Below are positions 15,193-23,876 of a stretch of 24,197 bases of DNA, in pieces. The notes beneath the pieces are model-generated. The model was given only the letters and a program-made list of their open reading frames with translations. It did no database searches and had not been told where the DNA came from. A program made the translations under genes and the position numbers. This stretch comes from a virus (lineage: Duplodnaviria; Caudoviricetes). Within the stretch, counting starts at the first letter, position 1. Each line of letters opens with the position of its first letter. The stretch is taken from positions 1 to 24,197 of IMG/VR virus record IMGVR_UViG_3300044645_000477. One strand, written 5' to 3'.

Positions 15193-15251
15193 CCTACCTA
15201 ACCTTTGAGAAGGAGAAGAACGAAATCGAAATGCAAAAATTAAAGTTATGA
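15000..15251 (+). CDS. -1 frame extension of the 14527 gene (probable programmed frameshift product)
   Basis: Open -1 frame from the T9 run: FFLSFRERISATYTKLFGEGSEDIYTREAQFGQRWGWYSSIYALANGDVTKFEAVTRLPIHQCLTYLTFEKEKNEIEMQKLKL. No ATG until the last codons; the stop forms an ATGA overlap with the next gene. Confidence 0.72.
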   Translation, partial: FFLSFRERISATYTKLFGEGSEDIYTREAQFGQRWGWYSSIYALANGDVTKFEAVTRLPIHQCLTYLTFEKEKNEIEMQKLKL

Positions 15252-15715
15252 GAAGTTTCTACCAAGCCACCGAGAAAATAAACGACTACCTGACCAGTCA
15301 CCCGCTGGTAAAGGTGGTTACGTTTGGCGATATATTCGACGTTGACCTAAACAAGCAGACCATCTTTCCGCTGGCACATATTATGGTGAACCAAGCCACG
15401 TTCTCCGACCACGTAATTCGTTTTAATGTATCGGTTCTTGCTATGGACATCGTGGACGAAACGAAGCAAGATTTGAGAAACCAAAACGAGCCATTCTTCG
15501 GGGTAGATAACCAGCAGGATATTTTGAACACGACCCTTGCAATCTTGAACGGACTTCAGTCGCAGTTACGCAGGGGCACGCTGTACACGGACAAATACGA
15601 AATCGAAGGAGACGTAAGTTGCGAGCCATTCACGGAAAGGTTTGAGAACTTGCTAACGGGTTGGAACCTGACCTTCGACTTGATTGTACCAAACACCGAA
15701 ATTAGTATTTGCTAA
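15248..15715 (+). CDS. putative tail terminator/completion protein
   Basis: 155 aa, FPLAHI motif, alternating beta strands ending GWNLTFDL; position in the tail block. Confidence 0.6.
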   Translation: MRSFYQATEKINDYLTSHPLVKVVTFGDIFDVDLNKQTIFPLAHIMVNQATFSDHVIRFNVSVLAMDIVDETKQDLRNQNEPFFGVDNQQDILNTTLAILNGLQSQLRRGTLYTDKYEIEGDVSCEPFTERFENLLTGWNLTFDLIVPNTEISIC

Positions 15716-16221
15716 TGGCAAGGCAGGAGTTGGTCGAGGCGGTTCTTAATAAATTCGCAAAGCGTGTAATTCAACAGGCGAGGCAAAATCTTACCAAGAA
15801 GAAAAAGAACGCATCCAAGGAACTTTACAACTCGTTGGACTACGACCTATCCGTAGGCCCTAATTCGTTCTCCCTGACCTTTGAAATGGAGGACTACGGG
15901 GAGTTTCAAGACAAGGGCGTAAGCGGTGTCAAGCGTAAGTACAACACGCCGTACAAATACACCAACAAGATGCCACCACCCAAGGCATTCGCTCAATGGG
16001 TAGTCCGAAAGGGGCTTCAAGGCATCCGAGACAAGCAGGGGCGTTTTATCCCACGGAAGTCGCTGCAATACTTGATAGCAAGAAGCGTGTACAACAACGG
16101 TATAAAGCCGAGTTACTTTTTTAGCAACCCCTTCAAGGTGAACTTTAATAAACTACCAAAGGAATTAATCGAAGCGTTTGGCCTTGGCCCAGACGACTTC
16201 CAAGCATTTACACGTAAATAA
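15715..16221 (+). CDS. putative neck/tail completion protein (HK97 gp10-like)
   Basis: Basic protein with LYNSL, YGEFQDKG and GIKPSYFF motifs. Confidence 0.65.
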   Translation: MARQELVEAVLNKFAKRVIQQARQNLTKKKKNASKELYNSLDYDLSVGPNSFSLTFEMEDYGEFQDKGVSGVKRKYNTPYKYTNKMPPPKAFAQWVVRKGLQGIRDKQGRFIPRKSLQYLIARSVYNNGIKPSYFFSNPFKVNFNKLPKELIEAFGLGPDDFQAFTRK

Positions 16222-17471
16222 TGGGACTTCCAATAGCCACCTTCCCCGCCTCGTTACAATTAACAAGGTCGCCTATCTTCATAACGCTAACCAAGGGGAG
16301 TGCCGTTAACGACGGCCTCGTTGACGCTACGCTTGTTCTGCGTGTGTTTACTGGCAGCAGCGCATCAAGCCCAACAGCTGACTACACCCTATTCAAGACG
16401 AGCATCGACGATGCGCCTATTACGTTTGAAATTAGCGACCTTATCCGTGAGGAAATTGCTTCGGTATTGAAGAACGGAGCAATTAGCGACTGGGAAACAG
16501 CAACAACCGAAGTAGTTTGGTGCAAGTTTACTCTTTCGTCTAACTACGTGAATGCAGGCACGCCTGCGTCTGGTGTAATCCAAAGCAACCAGTCCTTCTT
16601 ATGCTCCGATGGGTGGCTACCATTTACGCAGCAGTCGGGTGGTATTGTTGCTGGCGCTGGTCTATTGACCAACCGCACGATGCAAGTTTACAGCGGCTAT
16701 GAGCAGTCGCTTCCCGCTTTGTACGACACCAACACCGACCTTAATGGAGTTCTGTACAATGTAAACGGAACGGACTATTTTTACGTGCTATCTGACGAGC
16801 TGGGCTTTGCAAACACAAGCACGGAATCCACGCAAAAGGTAATCTACATTCCCGCAGGCCCCGCAAGCATAGATTCGTTTTTGGGGGTTGTACCAACCGA
16901 GGACTACACTATTTCGCTTATTAGCGATAGCGCAGCAGTCAACTACAAAGCACGGGTCGAAGCCGATGGGGGAACGTGCGAAGGATTCGCCTGCCTACGT
17001 GCGGCACTTGCCGAATTGGGTTACGAGGAAAATGCTACCGACTACAATTACGAGTTGGTTTGCGAGCCGAAGTACACGCCAGTACGTCTTACGTTTATTA
17101 ACCGCTTTGGCGTTAGCGACTTTGTTACTTTCTTTAAGGTCTCAACAAGAAGCGGAGCCGTAACACGTGAAAGCTATATGCCGCAGTTGAACCAGCCATT
17201 CAACGTTTCGCAACAAGTTCAGTATCGTAACTTTGACGTAAACAGCCGTGAAACGATTGTGCTAAATACGGGCTGGGTGGACGAGAACTACGACGACGTT
17301 ATCCGTGAAATCCTTATGAGTGAAAAATGCTCCATCAATTACGAAGGAGTAGAGTTTACCGTTAACCCGCAAGATACTGGAATACAATACCTTAAAGAGG
17401 TTAACGACCGAAACATTAATTACACCTTGACGTTTGATATTGCTTGGGATATTAGAAACAATGCACGATGA
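16221..17471 (+). CDS. virion tail structural protein (distal tail-like)
   Basis: 416 aa, beta-rich; C-terminal FINRFG..F and LNTGWV..LMSE pattern. Confidence 0.7.
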   Translation: MGLPIATFPASLQLTRSPIFITLTKGSAVNDGLVDATLVLRVFTGSSASSPTADYTLFKTSIDDAPITFEISDLIREEIASVLKNGAISDWETATTEVVWCKFTLSSNYVNAGTPASGVIQSNQSFLCSDGWLPFTQQSGGIVAGAGLLTNRTMQVYSGYEQSLPALYDTNTDLNGVLYNVNGTDYFYVLSDELGFANTSTESTQKVIYIPAGPASIDSFLGVVPTEDYTISLISDSAAVNYKARVEADGGTCEGFACLRAALAELGYEENATDYNYELVCEPKYTPVRLTFINRFGVSDFVTFFKVSTRSGAVTRESYMPQLNQPFNVSQQVQYRNFDVNSRETIVLNTGWVDENYDDVIREILMSEKCSINYEGVEFTVNPQDTGIQYLKEVNDRNINYTLTFDIAWDIRNNAR

Positions 17472-19507
17472 GGAACAAGGTTACAATTTTTGTAGGCGAG
17501 CAAGAGCTTGACGTATTCCAAGACGAGGATATTACGATTAACCTATCGGTTCAAAACATACAAGACATAAGCAAGGTCTTTACTGACTTTACGCAGGGGT
17601 TTAGCGTTCCCGCTTCGCCACGTAACAACGCCATCTTTGAGCATTACTACCGCACGGATATTGTGGGTGGTGCTGACTACCGATTAAGAGCCGATGGACG
17701 CATTGAAATCAACGGGTTGGTATTTCGGTATGGCTCTATTGAATTGGAGGGCGTACAAATGCGTAAGAACGCTCCTTACGCTTATGATATTACGTTTTAT
17801 GGATTGCTGGTTAACCTAACCGACATTTTCGGGGAGGACTACTTGTACGACCTTGAAGGGTTGTCGGATTACAACCACGACTACGACCAGCGACAGGTTT
17901 ACAATGGACTTGTAGGCACGTTGCTTGACCCAGTGCGTTATCCGCTTATTTCAGCGAAGGACGTTTGGTTTTACGATTCAAACAATGGAAACCACGACCC
18001 GAATAACATTCACTTTCACAACGAAAACGAAACGCACGGCATTCAGTATTATGACCTAAAGCCAGCGATAACCATTGAGGCAATTATTGAGGCCATTGAA
18101 ACAAAATACGGCATTACAATAAACCTTACCGGCGTTGAGAACTTTGAAAACCTGTATATGTGGTGTCACCGCCACGCTGGGTATATGTACAAGGATATTC
18201 CAACCGCAATGCGGTGGACGCAGGTTATAGCTCCCTCCCCGTACTCCGTAATTACTACCGACTGGTGGAATTATTCTACAAGCACGTTTACACCGCAGGG
18301 AATTACTGGCTCTGGGAATGTTTACGATATGCTTATTTCGATAGACGTTGGTGCTTATGCAAACGAATATACGATTGGTGTTTTTATTGACGGAGTCCTT
18401 TATGCACAGCAGGCACAAACCGGCTCTGCTGTTTTTGTTTTTTCGGAAATTCCAGTAACCAACAATTCAAATGTTTATTTTGCGTTTAAACAATCCACCA
18501 ACGAAACCAGTAGTTGTACAGTTGACGAAGTAGCGATAGAATTATCCTTTTCGCCCAACACGCAATACGTTTCAGCATACAATTCCGGCGCACAAGCGGC
18601 TATTGGCGTTGTCGATATTCCTTCTTTGATGCCAGAGCAAAAGGTTACTGACTTTTTGGCTTCGCTTTGCAAAATGTTCAACTTGGTAATTATTCCAACG
18701 AGCGACACGGAGTTTGACCTTTTGCCTCTTGACGAATGGTATGGTGATGGCACGGACGTTGACCTATCGCAATACTTTGACATAACAGAAAGCCAAGTAG
18801 AACGCCCACAACTGTACAAGCAAATCAATTTCAAGTATAACGAAACAGGGGCAATTACAGGCGAAGAATACCGCCTTACTAACGACGTGGGTTATGGCGA
18901 CCTTCGCTCCAACTTCGTTTTTGACACGGACGATGAGCTTGCGGTAGAGCCGCAGTTCGACCAGATGCTCTTTACTCGGCTTACCGACCAAGATACGAAC
19001 GTATTAACAAACGTATTGGCGGGCTATGCAATAACACGAGAACTAGAAACCTATTTAGGGCAGCCGTTTTTGTTTTATATGACACCTGGATTTGACCTTA
19101 TTACAGCTCCAGGTACTGCGGTAATTGGATTTGTAGATGAATCGGAAACAATCGTCCCAGGCGATAGCTGCGTTGCTATTGATGTGTTAAATTTTGCAAG
19201 CAGTTCAAGCGGCTATTCCAACGGAGCAAACGTAACGAGTACGAACTTCGGAGCAGACCTTGACCCGTACTTTCTGCAGTCGGTTAATAAGTCACTTTAC
19301 AATGAATACTGGAGCGACTACATTACGGACTTGTACAACCCCAGCCGTAGATTAGTGCGGGTTCCTGCGATTTTGCCACTTGGCAAGATTCTAAACTTCG
19401 ACCTAAAAAATAAGTTAACCTGGAACGGGCAGAGGTGGTTGGTTAACAACGTAAGTATAAACCTAACGACAGGACGAGCCGAGTTTGAGTTATTAAACAA
19501 TGTATGA
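17468..19507 (+). CDS. tail tip/baseplate hub protein
   Basis: 679 aa; LDVFQDE..QDISK.FTDFTQ.FSVPAS..NN.IF.H N-terminus, LCKMFNL, C-terminal INLTTGRAEFELLN. Confidence 0.75.
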   Translation: MRNKVTIFVGEQELDVFQDEDITINLSVQNIQDISKVFTDFTQGFSVPASPRNNAIFEHYYRTDIVGGADYRLRADGRIEINGLVFRYGSIELEGVQMRKNAPYAYDITFYGLLVNLTDIFGEDYLYDLEGLSDYNHDYDQRQVYNGLVGTLLDPVRYPLISAKDVWFYDSNNGNHDPNNIHFHNENETHGIQYYDLKPAITIEAIIEAIETKYGITINLTGVENFENLYMWCHRHAGYMYKDIPTAMRWTQVIAPSPYSVITTDWWNYSTSTFTPQGITGSGNVYDMLISIDVGAYANEYTIGVFIDGVLYAQQAQTGSAVFVFSEIPVTNNSNVYFAFKQSTNETSSCTVDEVAIELSFSPNTQYVSAYNSGAQAAIGVVDIPSLMPEQKVTDFLASLCKMFNLVIIPTSDTEFDLLPLDEWYGDGTDVDLSQYFDITESQVERPQLYKQINFKYNETGAITGEEYRLTNDVGYGDLRSNFVFDTDDELAVEPQFDQMLFTRLTDQDTNVLTNVLAGYAITRELETYLGQPFLFYMTPGFDLITAPGTAVIGFVDESETIVPGDSCVAIDVLNFASSSSGYSNGANVTSTNFGADLDPYFLQSVNKSLYNEYWSDYITDLYNPSRRLVRVPAILPLGKILNFDLKNKLTWNGQRWLVNNVSINLTTGRAEFELLNNV

Positions 19508-19659
19508 GGGATAGCTATTTAGGTTACTTGGTAGAGGTGCTTAACAACGAACCACTACTGGGCGTATCGCACGAAGTGGAAATTGCAAAAGGCACTTACA
19601 AGCTCACGGAAGACAAAATAGAGGAAAAACTGAAGATATGGCGGTTGTCGAAACTGTAA
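19504..19659 (+). CDS. hypothetical protein (51 aa, not in ORF track)
   Basis: Translated by hand: MRDSYLGYLVEVLNNEPLLGVSHEVEIAKGTYKLTEDKIEEKLKIWRLSKL; fills the gap with an ATGA overlap. Confidence 0.75.
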   Translation: MRDSYLGYLVEVLNNEPLLGVSHEVEIAKGTYKLTEDKIEEKLKIWRLSKL

Positions 19660-21206
19660 AGATTGAGGGCGATGGTTCTGGCTTGGAGGATAGCATTAAA
19701 GGGCTAAACAAAGAGGCGGGCAAACTCCGAGACACCATCGAGGAAGTAGGCAAGACCACTAAAACCGCCTTCGATAAAACCGAGAAATCCGTTGAGGGTG
19801 TTCAAAGGGAAGTTGAGAAGACCAACAGCTCTTTCAAGGAATTAGCCAATAGCGCAAAGAGTATCGCCCTTGTTTCGGTTGCCCTTGATACGGCTACGGA
19901 GGCATTTGCTGCCAACCAAGCCGTAGTCGATATTTTCAACACCGCCCTCGGAGCGGTTCAATTAACCGTCTCCAGAATCATTGATAGTTTCACCAAAGGC
20001 ACGGCATTAAACTTGGGTACAGTTATTTCGGACGCTTCCGAGGTTGTGCAACTTGAAAAAGAAGCAGCAAGAGCAGCGGCCCAACGAACAGCGGTACAAT
20101 TAGAATACCAGTTGCTAGCCGAGCAGGCAAGGCAGGTTCGTGACGACGAGCAAAAGAGCATTGAGGATAGAATAGAGGCCAATTCACTAGTTAGCGACAT
20201 CCTAACCGAACAACTTGCAAAAGAGAAGGAATTGGTACAGGCATCTGTTGCTGCGGCAGAAGCGCAGTTTTCCAAGTTACCAAGCATTGAGAACGAGGTT
20301 GCCTTGATTCAAGCACGAACCGAATTGATAGATATTGAGGAGCGAGTTGCTGGCCAGCGATCGGAGTTCCTTATGAATCAAATGTCGCTAAACAGAGAGC
20401 AGCAGACGTACAACGAATTGCTCTTGAAGAATGGCGAAATAATCGAAGGTGAGCAATCCGTAATTATTCAATTTAGCGAGAATCGCAGAACGGCACTCGA
20501 AGACGAATATGCTGCCCAAACAAAAATTCTCGATATTGAAATTCAGATTGCCAAAGCTCGTCTTGATTCGGCCAAAGAAGGAACCGTTGCCCAGCAAGAG
20601 GCATACGATGCGTATTTACAATTAACAAGGGATAAGGGAGTATTAGACGCAGAGTACGCAAGGAATAGCAAGGAACTCGACAAGGAGGTTGCCTCTGCTC
20701 GCTTCCAAATGGCAAAGGATGGTTTGTCGGCCATTAGTCAACTATCTGCTGCGTTTGCTGGTGAGGACGAGGCCTCTAAAAAGAAGCAGTTTGAGTTCCA
20801 AAAAAAGCTATCCCTTGCTTCTGCGGTCGTTAGTGGTATTGAAGCCGTGCAGAACGCATACAAGACCGCACAAGCGTCTCCGTACACTATTGCCTTTCCT
20901 GCGTATCCATTTGTACAAGCGGGCCTTGCGGCAGCGTTTAGCGGAGCGCAAATTGCAGCAATCGCACGAAGCCAATTTGAATCGCCAGAAACAGGCAGTA
21001 CCGACTACGGAGGTGGCTCGTCTGCCGCCCCTTCAGCATCAAGCGCACCGCAGTTTAACGTTGTAGGACGTAGCGGTATAAACCAGTTAGCAGAATCGGT
21101 GAATGCAGTAAACAATCGCCCCGTCCGTGCCTACGTGGTAGCGGGTGAGGTTACTTCACAACAGAACTTAAATAGACGCAGAGCAAGAACAGCAACATTC
21201 GGATAA
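19638..21206 (+). CDS. putative tape measure protein
   Basis: 522 aa, Ala/Glu/Gln-rich extended helix with hydrophobic Ala-rich segments; in the tail block. Confidence 0.72.
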   Translation: MAVVETVKIEGDGSGLEDSIKGLNKEAGKLRDTIEEVGKTTKTAFDKTEKSVEGVQREVEKTNSSFKELANSAKSIALVSVALDTATEAFAANQAVVDIFNTALGAVQLTVSRIIDSFTKGTALNLGTVISDASEVVQLEKEAARAAAQRTAVQLEYQLLAEQARQVRDDEQKSIEDRIEANSLVSDILTEQLAKEKELVQASVAAAEAQFSKLPSIENEVALIQARTELIDIEERVAGQRSEFLMNQMSLNREQQTYNELLLKNGEIIEGEQSVIIQFSENRRTALEDEYAAQTKILDIEIQIAKARLDSAKEGTVAQQEAYDAYLQLTRDKGVLDAEYARNSKELDKEVASARFQMAKDGLSAISQLSAAFAGEDEASKKKQFEFQKKLSLASAVVSGIEAVQNAYKTAQASPYTIAFPAYPFVQAGLAAAFSGAQIAAIARSQFESPETGSTDYGGGSSAAPSASSAPQFNVVGRSGINQLAESVNAVNNRPVRAYVVAGEVTSQQNLNRRRARTATFG

Positions 21207-22138
21207 TGAAAGTAATTGAATTAGTTTTAGAGGACACGGAAGGGCTTAATGGTATCAATGCCATAAGCATCGTTGAGCATCCCGCTATTGAGGAGAACTT
21301 TATTACCCTGTCAAAGGAACACGAAGTACAGTTCGCCAAACAAGACGAGGAAAAGCGAATCCTTATGGGCGCAGCTTTAATTCCCAACAAGACCATCTAC
21401 CGCAACCAAGGAGGGGAAGAGTTTTACGTTTACTTCTCAAAGGAGACGGTACGCAAGGCATCCGAACTATTCCTTATGCGTGGCTACCAAGGCAACACAA
21501 CGCTCGAACACGCAGCGGAGCTTAATGGCTTGTCGGTTGTTGAATCGTGGATTATTGAAGACCCCAAAAAGGACAAGACGGCTATCTACGGAATGGAGTT
21601 GCCCGAAGGGACTTGGATGGTTTCTATGAAAGTCAATAACGAAGACGTTTGGGAGAACTACGTTAAAACAGGCCGTGTAAAGGGCTTCTCAATAGAGGGC
21701 TACTTTGTTGACAAGTTGCAAATGGAATCCCACTTGGAACGCATCGAGGAAGAAGAAGCCGAGTTCCTGCTTTCTAATATTATTGCCAAAATCAAAAAGG
21801 ACGGCCGCCTAAAAAGCAAGAAGCGAATCGAAATGGAATCGTACAGCGACTACCCAGAGGCAGTTCGCAATAACGCAAAGCGTGGTATCGAGCTAAACGA
21901 GAAAGGCGGTAACAAATGCGCTACGCAAGTCGGCAAGATACGAGCGCAGCAACTCGCAGACGGAAAGCCAATAAGCGTAGAAACAATTAGCCGTATGTAC
22001 TCGTACCTATCAAGAGCCGAAACATACTATGACGAAGGAGATACCGAAGCGTGCGGTACTATTAGCTACTTGCTATGGGGCGGGCTTGCCGCAAAGCGTT
22101 GGTCTGAATCTAAATTAAAAGAACTCGGTAAATTATGA
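21206..22138 (+). CDS. putative prohead protease (XkdF-like) with an extra C-terminal domain
   Basis: AISIVEHPAIE, MGAALIPNK.IYR, TLEH, VESW, GTW, KGFSIEG (catalytic His/Ser-like motifs); upstream of scaffold and capsid. Confidence 0.8.
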   Translation: MKVIELVLEDTEGLNGINAISIVEHPAIEENFITLSKEHEVQFAKQDEEKRILMGAALIPNKTIYRNQGGEEFYVYFSKETVRKASELFLMRGYQGNTTLEHAAELNGLSVVESWIIEDPKKDKTAIYGMELPEGTWMVSMKVNNEDVWENYVKTGRVKGFSIEGYFVDKLQMESHLERIEEEEAEFLLSNIIAKIKKDGRLKSKKRIEMESYSDYPEAVRNNAKRGIELNEKGGNKCATQVGKIRAQQLADGKPISVETISRMYSYLSRAETYYDEGDTEACGTISYLLWGGLAAKRWSESKLKELGKL

Positions 22139-22278
22139 AAGAGACACCATCCCGCACTTCACCCAAGAACGGCAAGCGTGGCTGCCTATGCAAAAACAAC
22201 ACCTATTCCTCCAAATGCTGCGATGGTTCACTCCGAGCGCAGGGAGTAGGCCCAGTGAACAAAGCCCCGAATTTGTAA
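22135..22278 (+). CDS. small Cys-rich protein (47 aa, not in ORF track)
   Basis: Translated by hand: MKETPSRTSPKNGKRGCLCKNNTYSSKCCDGSLRAQGVGPVNKAPNL. Confidence 0.78.
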   Translation: MKETPSRTSPKNGKRGCLCKNNTYSSKCCDGSLRAQGVGPVNKAPNL

Positions 22279-22308
22279 CAATCCAATAACCATTTAATTA
22301 GTTGAATT

Positions 22309-22854
22309 ATGAAGGCAAGTGAAATTTTCACCAAGTTCTTTGCGGAGCTATCCGCAGTAGAAGAAGAAGTTAAGTTGGCGCAAGCCAAACTTGACAACGG
22401 CACTGTCCTTGAAGCCGAAGCATTTGAAGCAGGCCAACCCATCTTTATCGTTAGCGAAGAAGACCGCATCGCCGTTCCAGTAGGTGAATACCTGATGGAA
22501 GACGGACGTGTTTTGGTCGTTACCGAAGAAGGCGTTGTTGGCGAAATCAAAGAAGCAGCAGCCGAAGAGGAAACACCAGAGGTAGAAGTAGAGGTAGAAG
22601 CCGCTATGGAGCCGTCTGTTGAAGACAAAATCAAAGAGGTGGTTATGCCCCTCATTGAGGAAATGAAGGCGGAGTTGTCCGCTATGCGTGAGGAAATGGG
22701 TTCTTACAAGAAGAAGCAAGAAATGTCTTCTGACGTACCAGCCGCTTCCCCTATTAAACATAACCCCGAAGGAAAGACCAAGGAAGTTGTAAACCTGTCG
22801 CAGAACGCAACAGAGTCAGCCCTTGACCGTGTCCTTGCACGACTTAACAAATAA
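22309..22854 (+). CDS. putative capsid scaffolding protein
   Basis: Very acidic 181-aa protein with coiled coil and IKHNPE motif, directly before the capsid gene. Confidence 0.7.
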   Translation: MKASEIFTKFFAELSAVEEEVKLAQAKLDNGTVLEAEAFEAGQPIFIVSEEDRIAVPVGEYLMEDGRVLVVTEEGVVGEIKEAAAEEETPEVEVEVEAAMEPSVEDKIKEVVMPLIEEMKAELSAMREEMGSYKKKQEMSSDVPAASPIKHNPEGKTKEVVNLSQNATESALDRVLARLNK

Positions 22855-22867
22855 ACCAAAATAACAA

Positions 22868-23794
22868 ATGCCTACTAACACTTCTATCACCACTACGTAT
22901 GCTGGCGAGTTCGCTGGTAAATACGTTGCTGCCGCTCTGTTGAGCGCACCTACCTTGGACAAAGGCCTTATCGAGGTTATGCCCAACGTATTGTACAAAT
23001 CCGTTATCCAAAAGGTTAACACGGACGACATTTTGAAGGACGCTACTTGCGACTTCGACCCTACTTCTACCGTTACCTTGACCGAGCGTGTTTTGACCTT
23101 GGAAGAGTTCCAAGTTAACTTGCAAATGTGCAAAAAGGACTTCGAGCAAACTTGGCAAGCCGTTGAGATGGGCTATTCTGCATTCAAGAATATCCCCGCC
23201 TCCTTTACCGACTTCTTGATTGCTTACGCTGCCGAGCGTGTTTCCGCTCGTATCGAGCAAAACATCTGGGCTGGTGTTAATGCATCTTCTGGCCAGTTCG
23301 CAGGTTTCCAAACTTTGTTTGCCGCTGATTCTGACGTTATCGACGTAACTGGTACTACCGTTACCGCTTCTAACGTTATCGCCGAATTGGGCAAGGTAGT
23401 TGACGCTATCCCCGCTGCTTTGTACGGCAAGCCAGACGTTTACTTGTACGTTTCTCAAAACGTAGCCAAGGCCTATGTACGTGCTTTGGGTGGATTCGGA
23501 GCTTCTGGTCTGGGTGCAAATGGTGTGAACAACCAAGGTACTATGTGGTACGGCTCCGAGCCTTTGTTCTTCGACGGAATCCCCGTTGTATTGGCAGAAG
23601 GTTTGTCTTCTAACCGCATCGTTGCTGCTCAAAAGAGCAACTTGTTTTTCGGCTGCGGGCTGTTGTCGGACAAAAACGAGGTGCGCTTGATTGATATGTC
23701 GGACATTGACGGAAGTCAAAATTTCCGCTTGGTTATGCGTATGAGCGCAGGCATCCAGTACGGTATCGGTTCCGACATCGTTTACTACGCCTAA
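22868..23794 (+). CDS. major capsid protein
   Basis: 308 aa, TTYAGEFAGKY N-terminus, strong codon bias, follows protease and scaffold, followed by a terminator. Confidence 0.85.
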   Translation: MPTNTSITTTYAGEFAGKYVAAALLSAPTLDKGLIEVMPNVLYKSVIQKVNTDDILKDATCDFDPTSTVTLTERVLTLEEFQVNLQMCKKDFEQTWQAVEMGYSAFKNIPASFTDFLIAYAAERVSARIEQNIWAGVNASSGQFAGFQTLFAADSDVIDVTGTTVTASNVIAELGKVVDAIPAALYGKPDVYLYVSQNVAKAYVRALGGFGASGLGANGVNNQGTMWYGSEPLFFDGIPVVLAEGLSSNRIVAAQKSNLFFGCGLLSDKNEVRLIDMSDIDGSQNFRLVMRMSAGIQYGIGSDIVYYA

Positions 23795-23811
23795 TCGTTT
23801 CTAAATTCCTT

Positions 23812-23854
23812 GAAGGGGGTGGTGGTGTAATAACGCCCCACCCCTTTCTTTTTT
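23812..23854 (+). terminator. intrinsic terminator after the capsid gene
   Basis: GAAGGGGGTGG / CCACCCCTTTC stem with an inner GGTGT-aata-ACGCC hairpin, followed by a T run. Confidence 0.8.
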
Positions 23855-23876
23855 AACTTACTTAAATAAAAACAAA

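Noticed and set aside
22579-22600. GA(G/A)GTA hexamer repeat
   Set aside because: Simply encodes the EVEVEVE low-complexity linker of the scaffold protein.
107-23430. The other minus-strand ORFs in the track
   Set aside because: They overlap well-supported, tightly coupled + strand genes (or the repeat region) and have no recognisable motifs.
22844-23719. 291-aa minus-strand ORF
   Set aside because: Antisense shadow of the codon-biased major capsid gene; no promoter context or protein motif.
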